Shown piece by piece: positions 28,369 through 38,099 of a stretch of 64,000 nt of DNA. Origin of the DNA: Candidatus Limnocylindria bacterium. GTDB taxonomy: Bacteria > Chloroflexota > Limnocylindria > QHBO01. Numbering within the stretch: the stretch's first letter is position 1; each line of letters begins with the position of its first letter. The notes below the pieces were generated by a model. It was not told the DNA's origin and did no database searches. It saw nothing but the letters and a program-made list of their open reading frames with translations. The DNA lies in the NCBI GenBank assembly GCA_036397815.1, contig DASWIE010000062.1:4397-68396 (forward strand). The letters are read 5' to 3'. Made by a program: the position numbers and the translations under genes.

Positions 28369-29067
28369 TCAGACGGTAGCAGGCGATTGGAGCTCGACGA
28401 GCACCGCCCCCGTGACGTTCACGAGGAGCGTGGAGTCGTGACGCCGGCAGCGCCCATCCACGCCCCGCCTCATCAGCGACGTGTGGCCATGAAGCCACAG
28501 CGGTGGCGCCAGCCGGTCGAGCAGCCATCGGAAGGCGGGGAATCCGCGGTGCGCCATGTCCGGCGCGTCGTTCAGCCCCCTCGGCGCCGCGTGACTGACG
28601 ACGAGCAGCGGGCCGTGGCCCACGGCCCTCGGCCAGGCGCCGAGCACCCGACGCCACATGGCGAAGTCGGAGACCTGCTGCTCCGCACCGGCCCCTTGCC
28701 GGGGGGCGTAGATCGGCGATCCGGAGAAGCCGATCAGCGAGAGGCCGTCCTCCTCGTGGATGCGGCCATCCTCGAGCGGCTCGGGCAGCATCGCGCGCTC
28801 CCCCACGCTCCAGGCGCGGCCGACGTCGTGGTTGCCGCGGACGTAGGCGAGCGGCACCTTGAACGCGTCGGCCAGGAACGCCAGGTACGGTGGCTCGAGA
28901 TCGCCGCAGCCGACCACCAGGTCGACCTCGCCCAGCCCCTGGCGGGAACGGTCGGACTCCAGGGAGGCATCGGTCTCGTCCGATACGGCGAGGAGGCGCA
29001 CCGGTCGCCCGTCGCGGTTGACGAATGGCTCCGGGCTCGGCCAGGTCAGTGCCAACCGTTCGGTCAA
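28369..29067 (-). CDS. Calcineurin-like metallophosphoesterase
   Basis: 232 aa with a TTG start. Motifs LLAVSDETD, VGCGDLEPP, VRGNHD, LHGHTS. TTGA overlap with the upstream ParB-like gene. Confidence 0.75.
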   Translation of the reverse strand: MTERLALTWPSPEPFVNRDGRPVRLLAVSDETDASLESDRSRQGLGEVDLVVGCGDLEPPYLAFLADAFKVPLAYVRGNHDVGRAWSVGERAMLPEPLEDGRIHEEDGLSLIGFSGSPIYAPRQGAGAEQQVSDFAMWRRVLGAWPRAVGHGPLLVVSHAAPRGLNDAPDMAHRGFPAFRWLLDRLAPPLWLHGHTSLMRRGVDGRCRRHDSTLLVNVTGAVLVELQSPATV

Positions 29068-29681
29068 TGCTGGCCGGACCCGGCTGGGTCCTCTTCGGGG
29101 GGTGGCACGTCGCCGGAGGGCTCCTCCCCGACCAGCTCCTCGCGACGCAGCTTATCCACGCGCGAGCGACGCTCGGCCGTCCGCGACTGGCGCCCGACGA
29201 CAGCCTGGCGCACCTCCTCGGCGCCCAGGAGCAGGGTGTGCGCGTCCGGCTCGTGCTGACGCGGCGCTGGCTCGGACTCCGCTCCGGGCAGCATCAGCTC
29301 GGTCACGTCGGCGTCGATCGCCACGGCCCCGGCTCGTTGCGCGGCCGCGACGCGGTTGTGCCCGTCGGCCACGAAGTACTCGTCACCGACCTTCACCACC
29401 TCGACCGGCGGCAACGTCTCGAGAGCCTCGAACGCCTTCAGGAGCCGCTTCCAGCGCGCCTCCCAGTTCCGCCCCCGCAGCACGGGAAGCGGCAGGAAAT
29501 CCGACGTGTTCTGGGTCGGGTGGCGCACCGTTCCGACGATCTGGTCGAGGGGCACCACCTGCAGGCCACGTGCGCGTCGCGTGGCCGCGGCCGCGTCGGG
29601 GTGGCGGTCGTACAGGGACGGAAGCGGGTCCGGACGCGTGGCTTCGCGTAACCGGTCCCGGATCGATCGGTAGGGCTGCAT
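29064..29681 (-). CDS. ParB/Srx-fold (ParB-like nuclease domain) protein, unknown function
   Basis: 205 aa. LQVVPLDQIVGTV...DFLPLP followed by LPPVEVVKVGDEYFVADGHNRVAAAQRAG (a ParB/sulfiredoxin-type DGHxR core). Charged, disordered-looking C-terminus. Confidence 0.6.
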   Translation of the reverse strand: MQPYRSIRDRLREATRPDPLPSLYDRHPDAAAATRRARGLQVVPLDQIVGTVRHPTQNTSDFLPLPVLRGRNWEARWKRLLKAFEALETLPPVEVVKVGDEYFVADGHNRVAAAQRAGAVAIDADVTELMLPGAESEPAPRQHEPDAHTLLLGAEEVRQAVVGRQSRTAERRSRVDKLRREELVGEEPSGDVPPPEEDPAGSGQH

Positions 29682-29807
29682 CGGCTGGTTATCGAGGCAT
29701 CAAGGAATCGTGATAATCAGTGCTTGCGGGGTGCACTATGATGACAGCCCCTACGGTGATTGGCCCAGCCGACGTGGGTCCGCACCTTTTGCACGAGGAT
29801 GCGCTGA

Positions 29808-30902
29808 ATGGCAACCGTGACATTCGATCACGTCTACAAGCGGTTCAGTCCCGAGGTCGTCGCCGTCAATGACCTCACCCTGGAAGTCAAAGATGGGGAG
29901 TTCCTCGTCCTGGTCGGGCCATCCGGCTGCGGCAAGACCACGGCATTGCGCTGCATCGCGGGCCTCGAGACGATCAGCGACGGGCAGCTGCGCATCGGCG
30001 ACCGCGTCGTCAATGACGTCGCTCCCAAGGATCGCGACATCGCGATGGTCTTCCAGAGCTACGCGCTCTACCCGCACATGTCGGTCTACGACAACCTGGC
30101 CTTCGGGCTGAAGCTGCGCAAGACGCCCAAGGCCGATATCGAGCGCAGGGTGAAGGCCGCGGCCGGCATCCTGGGACTCGACAAGTTCCTGGATCGCAAG
30201 CCGAAGGCGCTCTCCGGCGGCCAGCGCCAGCGCGTCGCCCTGGGACGGGCGATCGTCCGCGAGCCCGCCGTCTTCCTGATGGACGAGCCCCTCTCCAACC
30301 TGGACGCCAAGCTGCGCGTCCAGACCCGCGCCGAGATCGCGCGCCTCCACCAGCGGCTGGGCACGACCACCGTGTACGTGACCCACGACCAGGTCGAGGC
30401 GATGACCATGGGGGATCGAATCGCCGTCATGCGCGACGGCCTCCTGCAGCAGACCGGTACCCCCCAGGAGCTGTACGACAATCCGAACAACGTCTTCGTA
30501 GCCGGCTTCATCGGCTCGCCGGCCATGAACTTCGCAACCACCAGCCTGTCGGATGGGGCGCTTCAGCTCGGGAAGACGCGGATCGGCCTGACCGGCAAGC
30601 CAGCCCAGATCGCGAGCCAGCGGACGCCCGGCTCGTCGCTGCTCGTCGGCTTCCGCCCCGAGCACCTGGACATCGCCAGCGCCACCGGCACCGAGGGCCA
30701 GATCCGCTTCCCGGCGCGAGTGGACGTCGTCGAGTACCTGGGCAACGAGGAGCTGCTGCACGCCCAGATGGAGGGGATCGAGGTCGTCGCCGTCGTACCG
30801 TCGGAACGACAGGTGAAGGCCGGTGACAACGTCGAGCTCACCGTACCGGCCGAGAAGCTCCATCTCTTCGATCCCGAAACCGAAGACTGCTTGACCAGCT
30901 GA
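29808..30902 (+). CDS. Sugar ABC transporter ATP-binding protein (MalK/UgpC/MsiK-type)
   Basis: 364 aa. Walker A GPSGCGKTT, signature LSGGQRQR, Walker B FLMDEPLSNLD. C-terminal TOBE-like regulatory domain. Confidence 0.9.
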   Translation: MATVTFDHVYKRFSPEVVAVNDLTLEVKDGEFLVLVGPSGCGKTTALRCIAGLETISDGQLRIGDRVVNDVAPKDRDIAMVFQSYALYPHMSVYDNLAFGLKLRKTPKADIERRVKAAAGILGLDKFLDRKPKALSGGQRQRVALGRAIVREPAVFLMDEPLSNLDAKLRVQTRAEIARLHQRLGTTTVYVTHDQVEAMTMGDRIAVMRDGLLQQTGTPQELYDNPNNVFVAGFIGSPAMNFATTSLSDGALQLGKTRIGLTGKPAQIASQRTPGSSLLVGFRPEHLDIASATGTEGQIRFPARVDVVEYLGNEELLHAQMEGIEVVAVVPSERQVKAGDNVELTVPAEKLHLFDPETEDCLTS

Positions 30903-30989
30903 CGCGCGCGGGGGCGTTCGCTCCCGCGCAGCATCCGCTCCGAGGAGGAGCGGCACGGCGCAACCGCGCCGTCGACAGAGGAGGAACCG

Positions 30990-32309
30990 ATGAGGGCAAG
31001 GTACCGATTTCTCTCACCCCTGGTGACCCTGGGACTGCTGCTGGCGGCCTGTACGGCGGCCTCGCCGAGCCCGGGGGGCGGCGGAAGCCAGGCGCCTGGC
31101 GCGAGCCAGGGTGAAGAGGATCTCAATGGAGCTGAGGTCACCGTCATCGGCACGTGGACCGACGCCGAGCAGGACGCCTTCCTGGCCATGGTCGCGCCGT
31201 GGGAGGAGCAGACCGGTGCCACGGTGAAGTACCAGGGCACGCGCGCCATCAACGACATCCTGGCGGCCGGCATTCCCACCGGCGTGCTGCCTGACCTCGC
31301 CGGCCTGCCCGGTCCCGGCCAGATGGCCGAGTACGCCGATGCCGGCGCCCTCAAGCCGCTCGACGACGTGCTCGACGTGGCCACCTACGTCGAGGAGACC
31401 TCGCCCGGACTGGTCGCGCTGGGCCAGATCGAGGGCACCACGTATGGCGTCTTCATCAAGGCGGCCGTGAAGGGCCTGATCTGGTTCAACCCGGCGCTGC
31501 ACGACTACACCGACAGCCCGCCCGCGACCTGGGACGACCTGCTTTCCGAGGGCGCCGCCAACCAGGGCAATGCCGAGGCGCTGTGGTGCCTGGGCATCGA
31601 GTCCGGCGACGCATCCGGCTGGCCGGCGACGGACTGGATCGAGGAGATCCTCCTCCACCAGGCCGGGCCCGACGTCTACAACCAGTGGTGGGCGGGCGAG
31701 ATCCCGTGGACCGACCCGGCCATCCAGACCGCGTTCGAAACCTACGCGAATGACGTGGTCGACCAATCCTATGGCGGTGGCACCAACGCTGTGGCCACCA
31801 AGTTCGACCTGGCCGGCGACCCGCTCTTCGCGGACCCGCCCGGCTGCGAGTTCTTCCACCAGGCGAGCTTCATCACCGGCCTCGGCGCCTTCAAGGACAA
31901 GGAGGCCGGGACCGACTACAACGCCTTCCCGTTCCCGGCCATCAACGATGAGTTCGCCGCCGCCGTAGAGGGTGCCGGCGACCTGTTCGGCATGTTCCAC
32001 GACACGCCGGCTGCCAAATCGCTGATGCGCTACCTCGTGACCGCCGAGGCCCAGGACATCTGGGTCGCCGCGGGAGGTGCCCTGTCAGCGAACAAGAACG
32101 CGACTTCCTACCCGGACGACATCAGCGCTCTGATGGGCGGAATGGTCACCGGCGCGGAGCAGTTCGTGTTCGACGCATCCGACCAGATGCCGACGGCCAT
32201 GAACGCAGCCTTCTGGCAGCACATGGTCAGCCTCACGGCGGGTCAGGAGACGGTGGAAGAGGCGTTGGCTGCGCTGCAGACGGTTGCGGAGGACGCCTAC
32301 TCCGAATAG
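30990..32309 (+). CDS. CUT1 sugar ABC transporter substrate-binding lipoprotein (solute-binding family 1)
   Basis: 439 aa. Lipobox LLLAAC. Typical SBP_bac_1 composition and length. Precedes two MalF/MalG-type permease genes. Confidence 0.8.
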   Translation: MRARYRFLSPLVTLGLLLAACTAASPSPGGGGSQAPGASQGEEDLNGAEVTVIGTWTDAEQDAFLAMVAPWEEQTGATVKYQGTRAINDILAAGIPTGVLPDLAGLPGPGQMAEYADAGALKPLDDVLDVATYVEETSPGLVALGQIEGTTYGVFIKAAVKGLIWFNPALHDYTDSPPATWDDLLSEGAANQGNAEALWCLGIESGDASGWPATDWIEEILLHQAGPDVYNQWWAGEIPWTDPAIQTAFETYANDVVDQSYGGGTNAVATKFDLAGDPLFADPPGCEFFHQASFITGLGAFKDKEAGTDYNAFPFPAINDEFAAAVEGAGDLFGMFHDTPAAKSLMRYLVTAEAQDIWVAAGGALSANKNATSYPDDISALMGGMVTGAEQFVFDASDQMPTAMNAAFWQHMVSLTAGQETVEEALAALQTVAEDAYSE

Positions 32310-32330
32310 CGAGCCACCTTCATCTGAGAG

Positions 32331-32362
32331 CCTGGGCGCGGCGGCCAGCCGTCGCGTCCAGG
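32331..32362 (+). terminator. Intercistronic stem-loop after the solute-binding protein gene
   Basis: CCTGGGCGCG (32331-32340) pairs with CGCGTCCAGG (32353-32362), including one G:U pair, around a 12-nt loop. Confidence 0.4.
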
Positions 32363-32384
32363 TCGTAACCCGATCCAGGCGGGC

Positions 32385-33374
32385 ATGGAGGTAGGTGTGG
32401 AAGAGCGCATCATCACCGCGATCATCGCCGTGATCGGCGTGCCAGCCGTGCTGGTGGCCTACATCTGGGGCACCGAGCAAGTGCTGCGCATTTTTCCGGA
32501 GGGACTGAAGCCGCGGCTTCGCCCGTGGCTCTGGATGGCTCCGGCGCTCGGGTTGCTTGGACTGTTCCTGGTCTACCCGATGGTCGGCACCATCATCGCC
32601 AGCCTGCAGAACACGACCGGCACGGAATGGGTGGGCCTGGAGAACTTCGGCTGGTTCTTCGGCAGCAACGACGCGCTGTCGGCGCTCAAGAACAACGTGC
32701 TGTGGCTGATCTTCCTCACGCTGTTCACGGTCGGCTTCGGGCTGATCGTGGCCGTGCTCGTCGACCGTGTTCGCTACGAGACGGCCGCGAAGAGCGTGAT
32801 CTTCCTGCCGCTCGCCATCAGCATGGTGGCGGCTGGCGTCATCTGGCTCTACATGTACCAGTACAAGCCACCGGGCGCGGTGCAGACCGGGACGCTGAAC
32901 GCGGCGGTTGGCGCATTGGGCGCGGGTCCGATCCCGTGGCTGCAGGTCCAGGACTTCAGCGTCAACACCTTCATGCTGATCATCGTCATGACCTGGATGT
33001 GGACCGGCTTCGGGATGGTGATCATCTCGGCGGCGCTCAAGGGCATCAATCCCGAGCTGCTCGAGGCCGGGCGGGTCGACGGCGCGAACGAGTGGCAGGT
33101 GTTCCGGGGGATCATCTTTCCGCTGCTCGTGCCGACGCTGGTGGTGGTCGGCACGACGATGATCATCACCGCCCTGAAGGCGTTTGACATCGTCTACACC
33201 ATGACCGGAGGCAACCTCGAGACCGATGTGATCGCCAACCTCATGTACAAGCAGATGTTCCGCGTCGGTGAGTTCGGGCGGGCGAGCGCGGTCGCGGTCG
33301 TCCTGCTGCTGGCGATCGTGCCGATCATGTTCTTCAACATCGGGCGCTTCCGCGCCCAGGAGGCGGTCCGATGA
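32385..33374 (+). CDS. Sugar ABC transporter permease (MalF-like)
   Basis: 329 aa, 6 TM. EAA loop EAGRVDGANEWQVFRGIIFPLL. Confidence 0.85.
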   Translation: MEVGVEERIITAIIAVIGVPAVLVAYIWGTEQVLRIFPEGLKPRLRPWLWMAPALGLLGLFLVYPMVGTIIASLQNTTGTEWVGLENFGWFFGSNDALSALKNNVLWLIFLTLFTVGFGLIVAVLVDRVRYETAAKSVIFLPLAISMVAAGVIWLYMYQYKPPGAVQTGTLNAAVGALGAGPIPWLQVQDFSVNTFMLIIVMTWMWTGFGMVIISAALKGINPELLEAGRVDGANEWQVFRGIIFPLLVPTLVVVGTTMIITALKAFDIVYTMTGGNLETDVIANLMYKQMFRVGEFGRASAVAVVLLLAIVPIMFFNIGRFRAQEAVR

Positions 33375-34267
33375 CGGCGGCGGCAACCCCCATCGCCGAG
33401 GCCCGCCCGCGGGTGCGGCGCTTCGGCCGGCTGCGAAGCGGCGGCATCGGCCTGCACACCGTCGTCATCGTGCTCATGGTCATCTGGGCCGTGCCCACCG
33501 TCGGCCTACTCATCAACTCGGTCCGGCCCGGGCAGGAGGCCGCCAGCAGCGGCTGGTGGACCGCCATCTTCCCGCCCTACCAGTTCACCTTCGAAAACTA
33601 TGCCCACGTGCTCGAGCAGAGCAACATCGGCACCAACTTCCTGAACAGCCTGATCATCAGCATCCCGGCCACGGTGATCCCGATCTTCGTGGCCGCCTTC
33701 GCCGCCTATGCCTTCAGCTGGATGGAGTTCCCGGGCCGCAACGTCCTGTTCGTGGTCGTCGTTGGGCTCCTGGTCGTTCCCCTCCAGGCGACCCTGATCC
33801 CGATCCTGAAGCTCTTTGCGGGGTGGGGCATCGCCGGGACCTTCCTGGCGGTCTGGCTGGCGCACACCGGCTACGGCCTGCCCTTCGCGATATACCTGCT
33901 CCGCAACTTCATGGGATCGCTGCCGCGCGAGGTGTTCGAGTCGGCCGCCATCGACGGAGCCAGTCCGGTCACCGCCTTCTTCCGGCTGGCGATCCCCATG
34001 AGCGTCCCCGCTCTCGCGGCGCTGGCCATCTTCCAGTTCCTCTTCGTCTGGAACGACCTGCTGGTGGCGCTGATCTACATCGGCGCGGTGCGGCCCGACA
34101 ACCTGCCGCTGACCGTCAGCATCGCCGGGCTGGTGACCTCGATCGGAGGTGGGACCGAGTTCCTTGGCGCCGCCGCCTTCCTGTCGATGCTCCTGCCTCT
34201 GATCGTGTTCTTTGCGCTGCAGCGCTACTTCGTGCGCGGCATCGTCGGAGGGTCCGTCAAGGGTTAA
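33371..34267 (+). CDS. Sugar ABC transporter permease (MalG-like)
   Basis: 298 aa, 6 TM. EAA loop ESAAIDGASPVTAFFRLAIPMS. 4-nt overlap with the upstream permease gene. Confidence 0.85.
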   Translation: MTAAATPIAEARPRVRRFGRLRSGGIGLHTVVIVLMVIWAVPTVGLLINSVRPGQEAASSGWWTAIFPPYQFTFENYAHVLEQSNIGTNFLNSLIISIPATVIPIFVAAFAAYAFSWMEFPGRNVLFVVVVGLLVVPLQATLIPILKLFAGWGIAGTFLAVWLAHTGYGLPFAIYLLRNFMGSLPREVFESAAIDGASPVTAFFRLAIPMSVPALAALAIFQFLFVWNDLLVALIYIGAVRPDNLPLTVSIAGLVTSIGGGTEFLGAAAFLSMLLPLIVFFALQRYFVRGIVGGSVKG

Positions 34268-34275
34268 CCATCGGT

Positions 34276-35067
34276 CTACGCCAGGCGGGTGATGATCGTC
34301 TCCCGGTCGAAGGCCCAGGAGCCAACGATCAGCGCCAGCCCGATCAGCGCGGCGACCAGCAGGTTGCCGATCAGCACCTGCTGCATGGTGAACGTCGCCT
34401 GGCCGCCGAAGAACTGGGCGACTGCGATGGCGATGATCGGGATCACCACGAAGCCGCCGATCTGCTGAGCGGTGCGCGCGTCGTTGACCCGGCTGCTTAC
34501 GATGATCCCGAGCAGCACGCTGAAGAGGCAGATCAACGGCACCAGGCTGACCATGGCGACCAGCCACTGGTCGCTGAAGATGAGGACGGTCAGCCGCTGG
34601 TCGGCGATCGCGCCGTTCACCAGGCCATAGGCCACGAACACGCCCCAGGTGGCGACGATGGCCGGCAGCGCGGCCGAGATCGTCTTGCCCGCCAGCAGCT
34701 CCGGGACCTCGAGCGGGGTCGCCAGCTGTGGTTCCAGCGAGCGCGCCACCTTCTCGCCGATGACCGACTGGCTGGCGATCGCCATCGGCACCATGGCCGG
34801 GATGAGGAGGAAGTAGGCCATGAAGTTGGTGACGATGAAGCCCTGCGCCGCCAGCTTGGCCGGCAGCCCCGGGAAGTTGGCGATGTACTGCTCGATCTGG
34901 CCGAGCTGGTTCGGGTCGAGGTCGTTGACCTGGATGAAAGCTACCAGCCCTGTCGGAATGGAGGCGAAGATGAGGGCCGGCAGCGCCACCGCGCCGAGCA
35001 GCAGCCGGTTGCTGAGCAGGTCGCGCCATTCCTTGACGAAGACGGCCCACACGTAGCCGAGCCTCAT
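34276..35067 (-). CDS. ABC-2 type exporter permease
   Basis: 263 aa, about 6 TM. 4-nt overlap with the upstream ATPase gene. Confidence 0.75.
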   Translation of the reverse strand: MRLGYVWAVFVKEWRDLLSNRLLLGAVALPALIFASIPTGLVAFIQVNDLDPNQLGQIEQYIANFPGLPAKLAAQGFIVTNFMAYFLLIPAMVPMAIASQSVIGEKVARSLEPQLATPLEVPELLAGKTISAALPAIVATWGVFVAYGLVNGAIADQRLTVLIFSDQWLVAMVSLVPLICLFSVLLGIIVSSRVNDARTAQQIGGFVVIPIIAIAVAQFFGGQATFTMQQVLIGNLLVAALIGLALIVGSWAFDRETIITRLA

Positions 35068-36044
35068 GACGCCACCTCCTGGACCGATGTCTCTCGCACC
35101 GTCGAGCTTGGCGCGTCTCGCTCCCCCACCTCCCCGACCAGGTGCAGGTAGACCTCCTCCAGCGTCGCCGCCTCCTCACGGACCGATGTGATCCGGCCCC
35201 CGGCGCGAACCAGCGCCGCCACGAGATCCGGCGTCTCGCGCGACGGGTCGGTCAGCTCGACCAGGAGCGATCCTTCGTGCGCCTGCGCGCCGAGCACACT
35301 TGGCAATGCCACCAGCACTTCGACGAACGACTCGGGCCCACGTGCCCCGTTCAGCTCCACGCGCACGGTGGCGGCGCGCCCGCGACGGCGCAGGGCGGCC
35401 GGCGTGTCGACGCGGAGCAGCCGGCCCTGCATGATCCCGATCCGGTCGCAGAGCCGCTCGGCCTCGTCCAGGTTGTGGGTGCAGATCACGATCGAGCGGC
35501 CGAGCGAGCGCAGCGTGTCGACGAAGTCGCGCACCGTCTTGGCCGCGGCGGGGTCGAGGCCGCTGGTCGGCTCGTCCAGGTAGATCACCTCCGGCTCGTG
35601 CAGCAGGGCGCGCGCGATGGCGATCTTCTGGCGCATCCCCTTACTGAATCCCGCGACCCGGCGGTCCGCGAACGGCAGCATCTCGACCACCCCCAGGTAG
35701 CGGTCCACCGCGCGGCGCAGCTGCGCCCCGCGCAGGCCGTAGAGGCGGCCGTAGAAGGCGAGGTTCTGGCGGGCCGTCAGCTTGTCGTGCAGCCCCGGCG
35801 ATTCGGTCAGGATGCCGGTCAGGGCCCGGATTCGCGCTGAGCCCTCGCCCAGCGAGTGCCCGTTCACGGTGGCGCCACCGGCAGAGGGAGCGATCAGCCC
35901 GGCCAGCATCCGGACCGTGGTCGTCTTGCCCGCGCCGTTTGGGCCTAGCAGGCCGAAGATCTCGCCGTCGCCCACGCTGAAGGAGAGGTCGTGGACGGCG
36001 GTCACCCGCCCGAATTCCTTGCGCAGCCCCTCGACGAAGATCAC
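35064..36044 (-). CDS. ABC-2 type exporter ATP-binding protein
   Basis: 326 aa. Walker A GPNGAGKTT, signature FSKGMRQK, Walker B IYLDEPTSGLD. Has a C-terminal accessory domain. Confidence 0.9.
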   Translation of the reverse strand: MIFVEGLRKEFGRVTAVHDLSFSVGDGEIFGLLGPNGAGKTTTVRMLAGLIAPSAGGATVNGHSLGEGSARIRALTGILTESPGLHDKLTARQNLAFYGRLYGLRGAQLRRAVDRYLGVVEMLPFADRRVAGFSKGMRQKIAIARALLHEPEVIYLDEPTSGLDPAAAKTVRDFVDTLRSLGRSIVICTHNLDEAERLCDRIGIMQGRLLRVDTPAALRRRGRAATVRVELNGARGPESFVEVLVALPSVLGAQAHEGSLLVELTDPSRETPDLVAALVRAGGRITSVREEAATLEEVYLHLVGEVGERDAPSSTVRETSVQEVAS

Positions 36045-36136
36045 GAGGCAGATCCTAGCCGCAGTCCCCCGCCGCCGCCCATCGGTACCTTCGGGGTGCG
36101 CGGCACGCGCCGCGGGCGCTCGGGTAGCATCGGTCC

Positions 36137-36673
36137 ATGGCGGAGCGCAGGATCGACAGCAGGCGAGCCTTCGAGGGCCGCCTGCTCAGCGTGCGCGTCG
36201 ACGAGGTGGAGCTCGACAACGGGCGCCGCGCGACGCGCGAGGTGGTGGAGCACCCCGGCGCGGTGGGAATCCTGGCCTGGGACGAGGGCCGGCTGGCGAT
36301 GGTCAGCCAGTGGCGCACCGCCGCCGACGCCGCCCTGCTCGAGATTCCGGCCGGAACGATCGATCCCGGGGAGACGCCATCGTCGACGGCCGAACGCGAG
36401 CTGGCCGAGGAATGCGGCCTGCGCGCGGAGTCGTGGGAGGCTGGGCCATCGTTCTTCACCGCGCCCGGCTTCTGCACCGAGCGGCTGACCATCTTCCTGG
36501 CCACCGGGCTGCACCCGACGGAGATGTCGCCACCGGAGGACGAGATCCTCCAGTCCTCCTGGCTGACCCTACGCGAGGCGCTGGCCGCGATCGAGGAGGG
36601 ACGGATCGTCGACGCCAAGTCGCTGGTCGGCATCCTCTGGCTTGCCCGCCGGCTGGAGGCCGCGAAGGGCTGA
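36137..36673 (+). CDS. NUDIX hydrolase (ADP-ribose pyrophosphatase-like)
   Basis: 178 aa. Nudix box GTIDPGETPSSTAERELAEECGL. Confidence 0.85.
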   Translation: MAERRIDSRRAFEGRLLSVRVDEVELDNGRRATREVVEHPGAVGILAWDEGRLAMVSQWRTAADAALLEIPAGTIDPGETPSSTAERELAEECGLRAESWEAGPSFFTAPGFCTERLTIFLATGLHPTEMSPPEDEILQSSWLTLREALAAIEEGRIVDAKSLVGILWLARRLEAAKG

Positions 36674-36676
36674 CTA

Positions 36677-37048
36677 TCAGGCGGCGTCGATGCGGCGCAG
36701 GGCGCGCTGGTAGTCCTCGTTCTCGGGCTTGAGGAAGACGGCCATCCGCAGGTGGCGCCTGCCCGCGGCGACGTCGCCCTGCCGTGCGAGCGACAGCCCC
36801 AGGCCGAACATCGCGTAGTGGGCCAGCGGGTCGGTATCGACGATCGCCTGGAACCGCTCGGCCGCGCGGCCGTGATCGCCCTGATCGAAGTAGGCGCGGC
36901 CCAGCGCCTCGAGGATGGAGGCCTTGCCGGGCTCCAGGACGAGACACCGCTCCAGCAGCACGGAGGCGGCGCCGGGGTGATGGTCCGCGAGCAGGCGCGA
37001 GCCCCGCTGGAAGAGGTCGTAGGCGCTCTCGCGCTCCGCGCGGTCCAT
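36677..37048 (-). CDS. TPR-repeat protein
   Basis: 123 aa. Three TPR-like helical hairpins (LEALGRAYFDQGDHGRAAERFQAIVD...). Last gene of the minus-strand run. Confidence 0.65.
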   Translation of the reverse strand: MDRAERESAYDLFQRGSRLLADHHPGAASVLLERCLVLEPGKASILEALGRAYFDQGDHGRAAERFQAIVDTDPLAHYAMFGLGLSLARQGDVAAGRRHLRMAVFLKPENEDYQRALRRIDAA

Positions 37049-37058
37049 CGGTCGCCGG

Positions 37059-38099
37059 TCAGGAGCCCAGGTCGATCAGCTCGAGCCGCGGGTTCTCGGT
37101 CCGCCCCGGAATCCGTCCTCGCTTGGCGATCGGGCGGCCGTCGATCTCCTTGAGGTCGCCGGTGAAGTCGATCGGGCTGGCGTCCGAGATCGCCGATCCG
37201 ACCGCGAATGAGTCGACCGGCGCCCCCGACTCCTTGAAGTGCGTGATCCGCTCGGCGTCCAGCCCGCCGGAGACAACGATCCGGACGTGGCCATGCCCCG
37301 CCTGGTCCAGGCGCGTGCGAACCTCTTTGACGAGGTCGGGCGTGACGCGACCGCGCTCGGACGGTGTGTCGAGCCGCACGCCCCACAGCCGCTCGCCGAG
37401 CGCCTCCGCAACGCGCAGCGACTCCTCGGCCTCGTCCTTGAAGGTGTCGACCAGCACGATCCGCGGTACCTCGGGGTCGGTATGTCGGTCGAACGCCTCG
37501 GCGGCTCGGACCGTGTCCCCGAAGATGAGGATCATGGCGTGCGGCATCGTGCCGGTCGGCGACAGGCCCGCCAGGCGCGCGCCCGCAGGCGTCGAGGCTC
37601 CCACGCAGCCGCCTACCACGCTGGCGTAGTCCATCTGGTCGGCGACGCTGGGATGCACGTGCCGCGCACCGAAGCTGACGACCGGGATCGGGGCAGCCAC
37701 CTCCACGATCCGACGCGCCGCGGTCGCCCAGCCCGTGCTCTGGGCCAGGATGCCGAGGAGGGCCGTCTCATACAGGCCGAAGGCCGAGTAACGGGCGGTG
37801 ATGCGCATCACCACCTCCTTGCGTCCGACCGGGTCGCCGTCGTGCAGCGACTCGACGATGGGCGCGGGCTCGAGCAGCTTCCGGTTGCCAAGGATCTCCC
37901 GCAGGTAGGCGAGCGACTCCTCCGCGCCGCACAGGATCGCGTCCTCGCGCGGGAAGATCTCCATCGCCACCACCGGGTCGAGCCGCTCGGCCGCCAGGAT
38001 GCGGCGCGCGCGCTCGAAATAGACGTCCGCCGTCTCGCCGGAGAGGACGTCGGGGGCGGGTTGGAAGCGAGACCGCTCGGGCGGCTTGGTGGCGGTCAT
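37059..38099 (-). CDS. Nicotinate phosphoribosyltransferase-like (type II PRTase fold)
   Basis: 346 aa. N-terminal pattern ADVYFERARRILAAE...VAMEIFPRE.AILCGAEE and a C-terminal barrel with a phosphate-binding region (VRIVVSGGLD). ATGA overlap with the upstream gene at 38096-38099. Confidence 0.7.
   Translation of the reverse strand: MTATKPPERSRFQPAPDVLSGETADVYFERARRILAAERLDPVVAMEIFPREDAILCGAEESLAYLREILGNRKLLEPAPIVESLHDGDPVGRKEVVMRITARYSAFGLYETALLGILAQSTGWATAARRIVEVAAPIPVVSFGARHVHPSVADQMDYASVVGGCVGASTPAGARLAGLSPTGTMPHAMILIFGDTVRAAEAFDRHTDPEVPRIVLVDTFKDEAEESLRVAEALGERLWGVRLDTPSERGRVTPDLVKEVRTRLDQAGHGHVRIVVSGGLDAERITHFKESGAPVDSFAVGSAISDASPIDFTGDLKEIDGRPIAKRGRIPGRTENPRLELIDLGS

Noticed and set aside
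27474-29681. Genomic island integrated at tRNA-His
   Set aside because: There is no integrase, excisionase or other mobile gene on either side. I saw no direct repeat of the tRNA 3' end and no obvious compositional break. The flanking genes look chromosomal.
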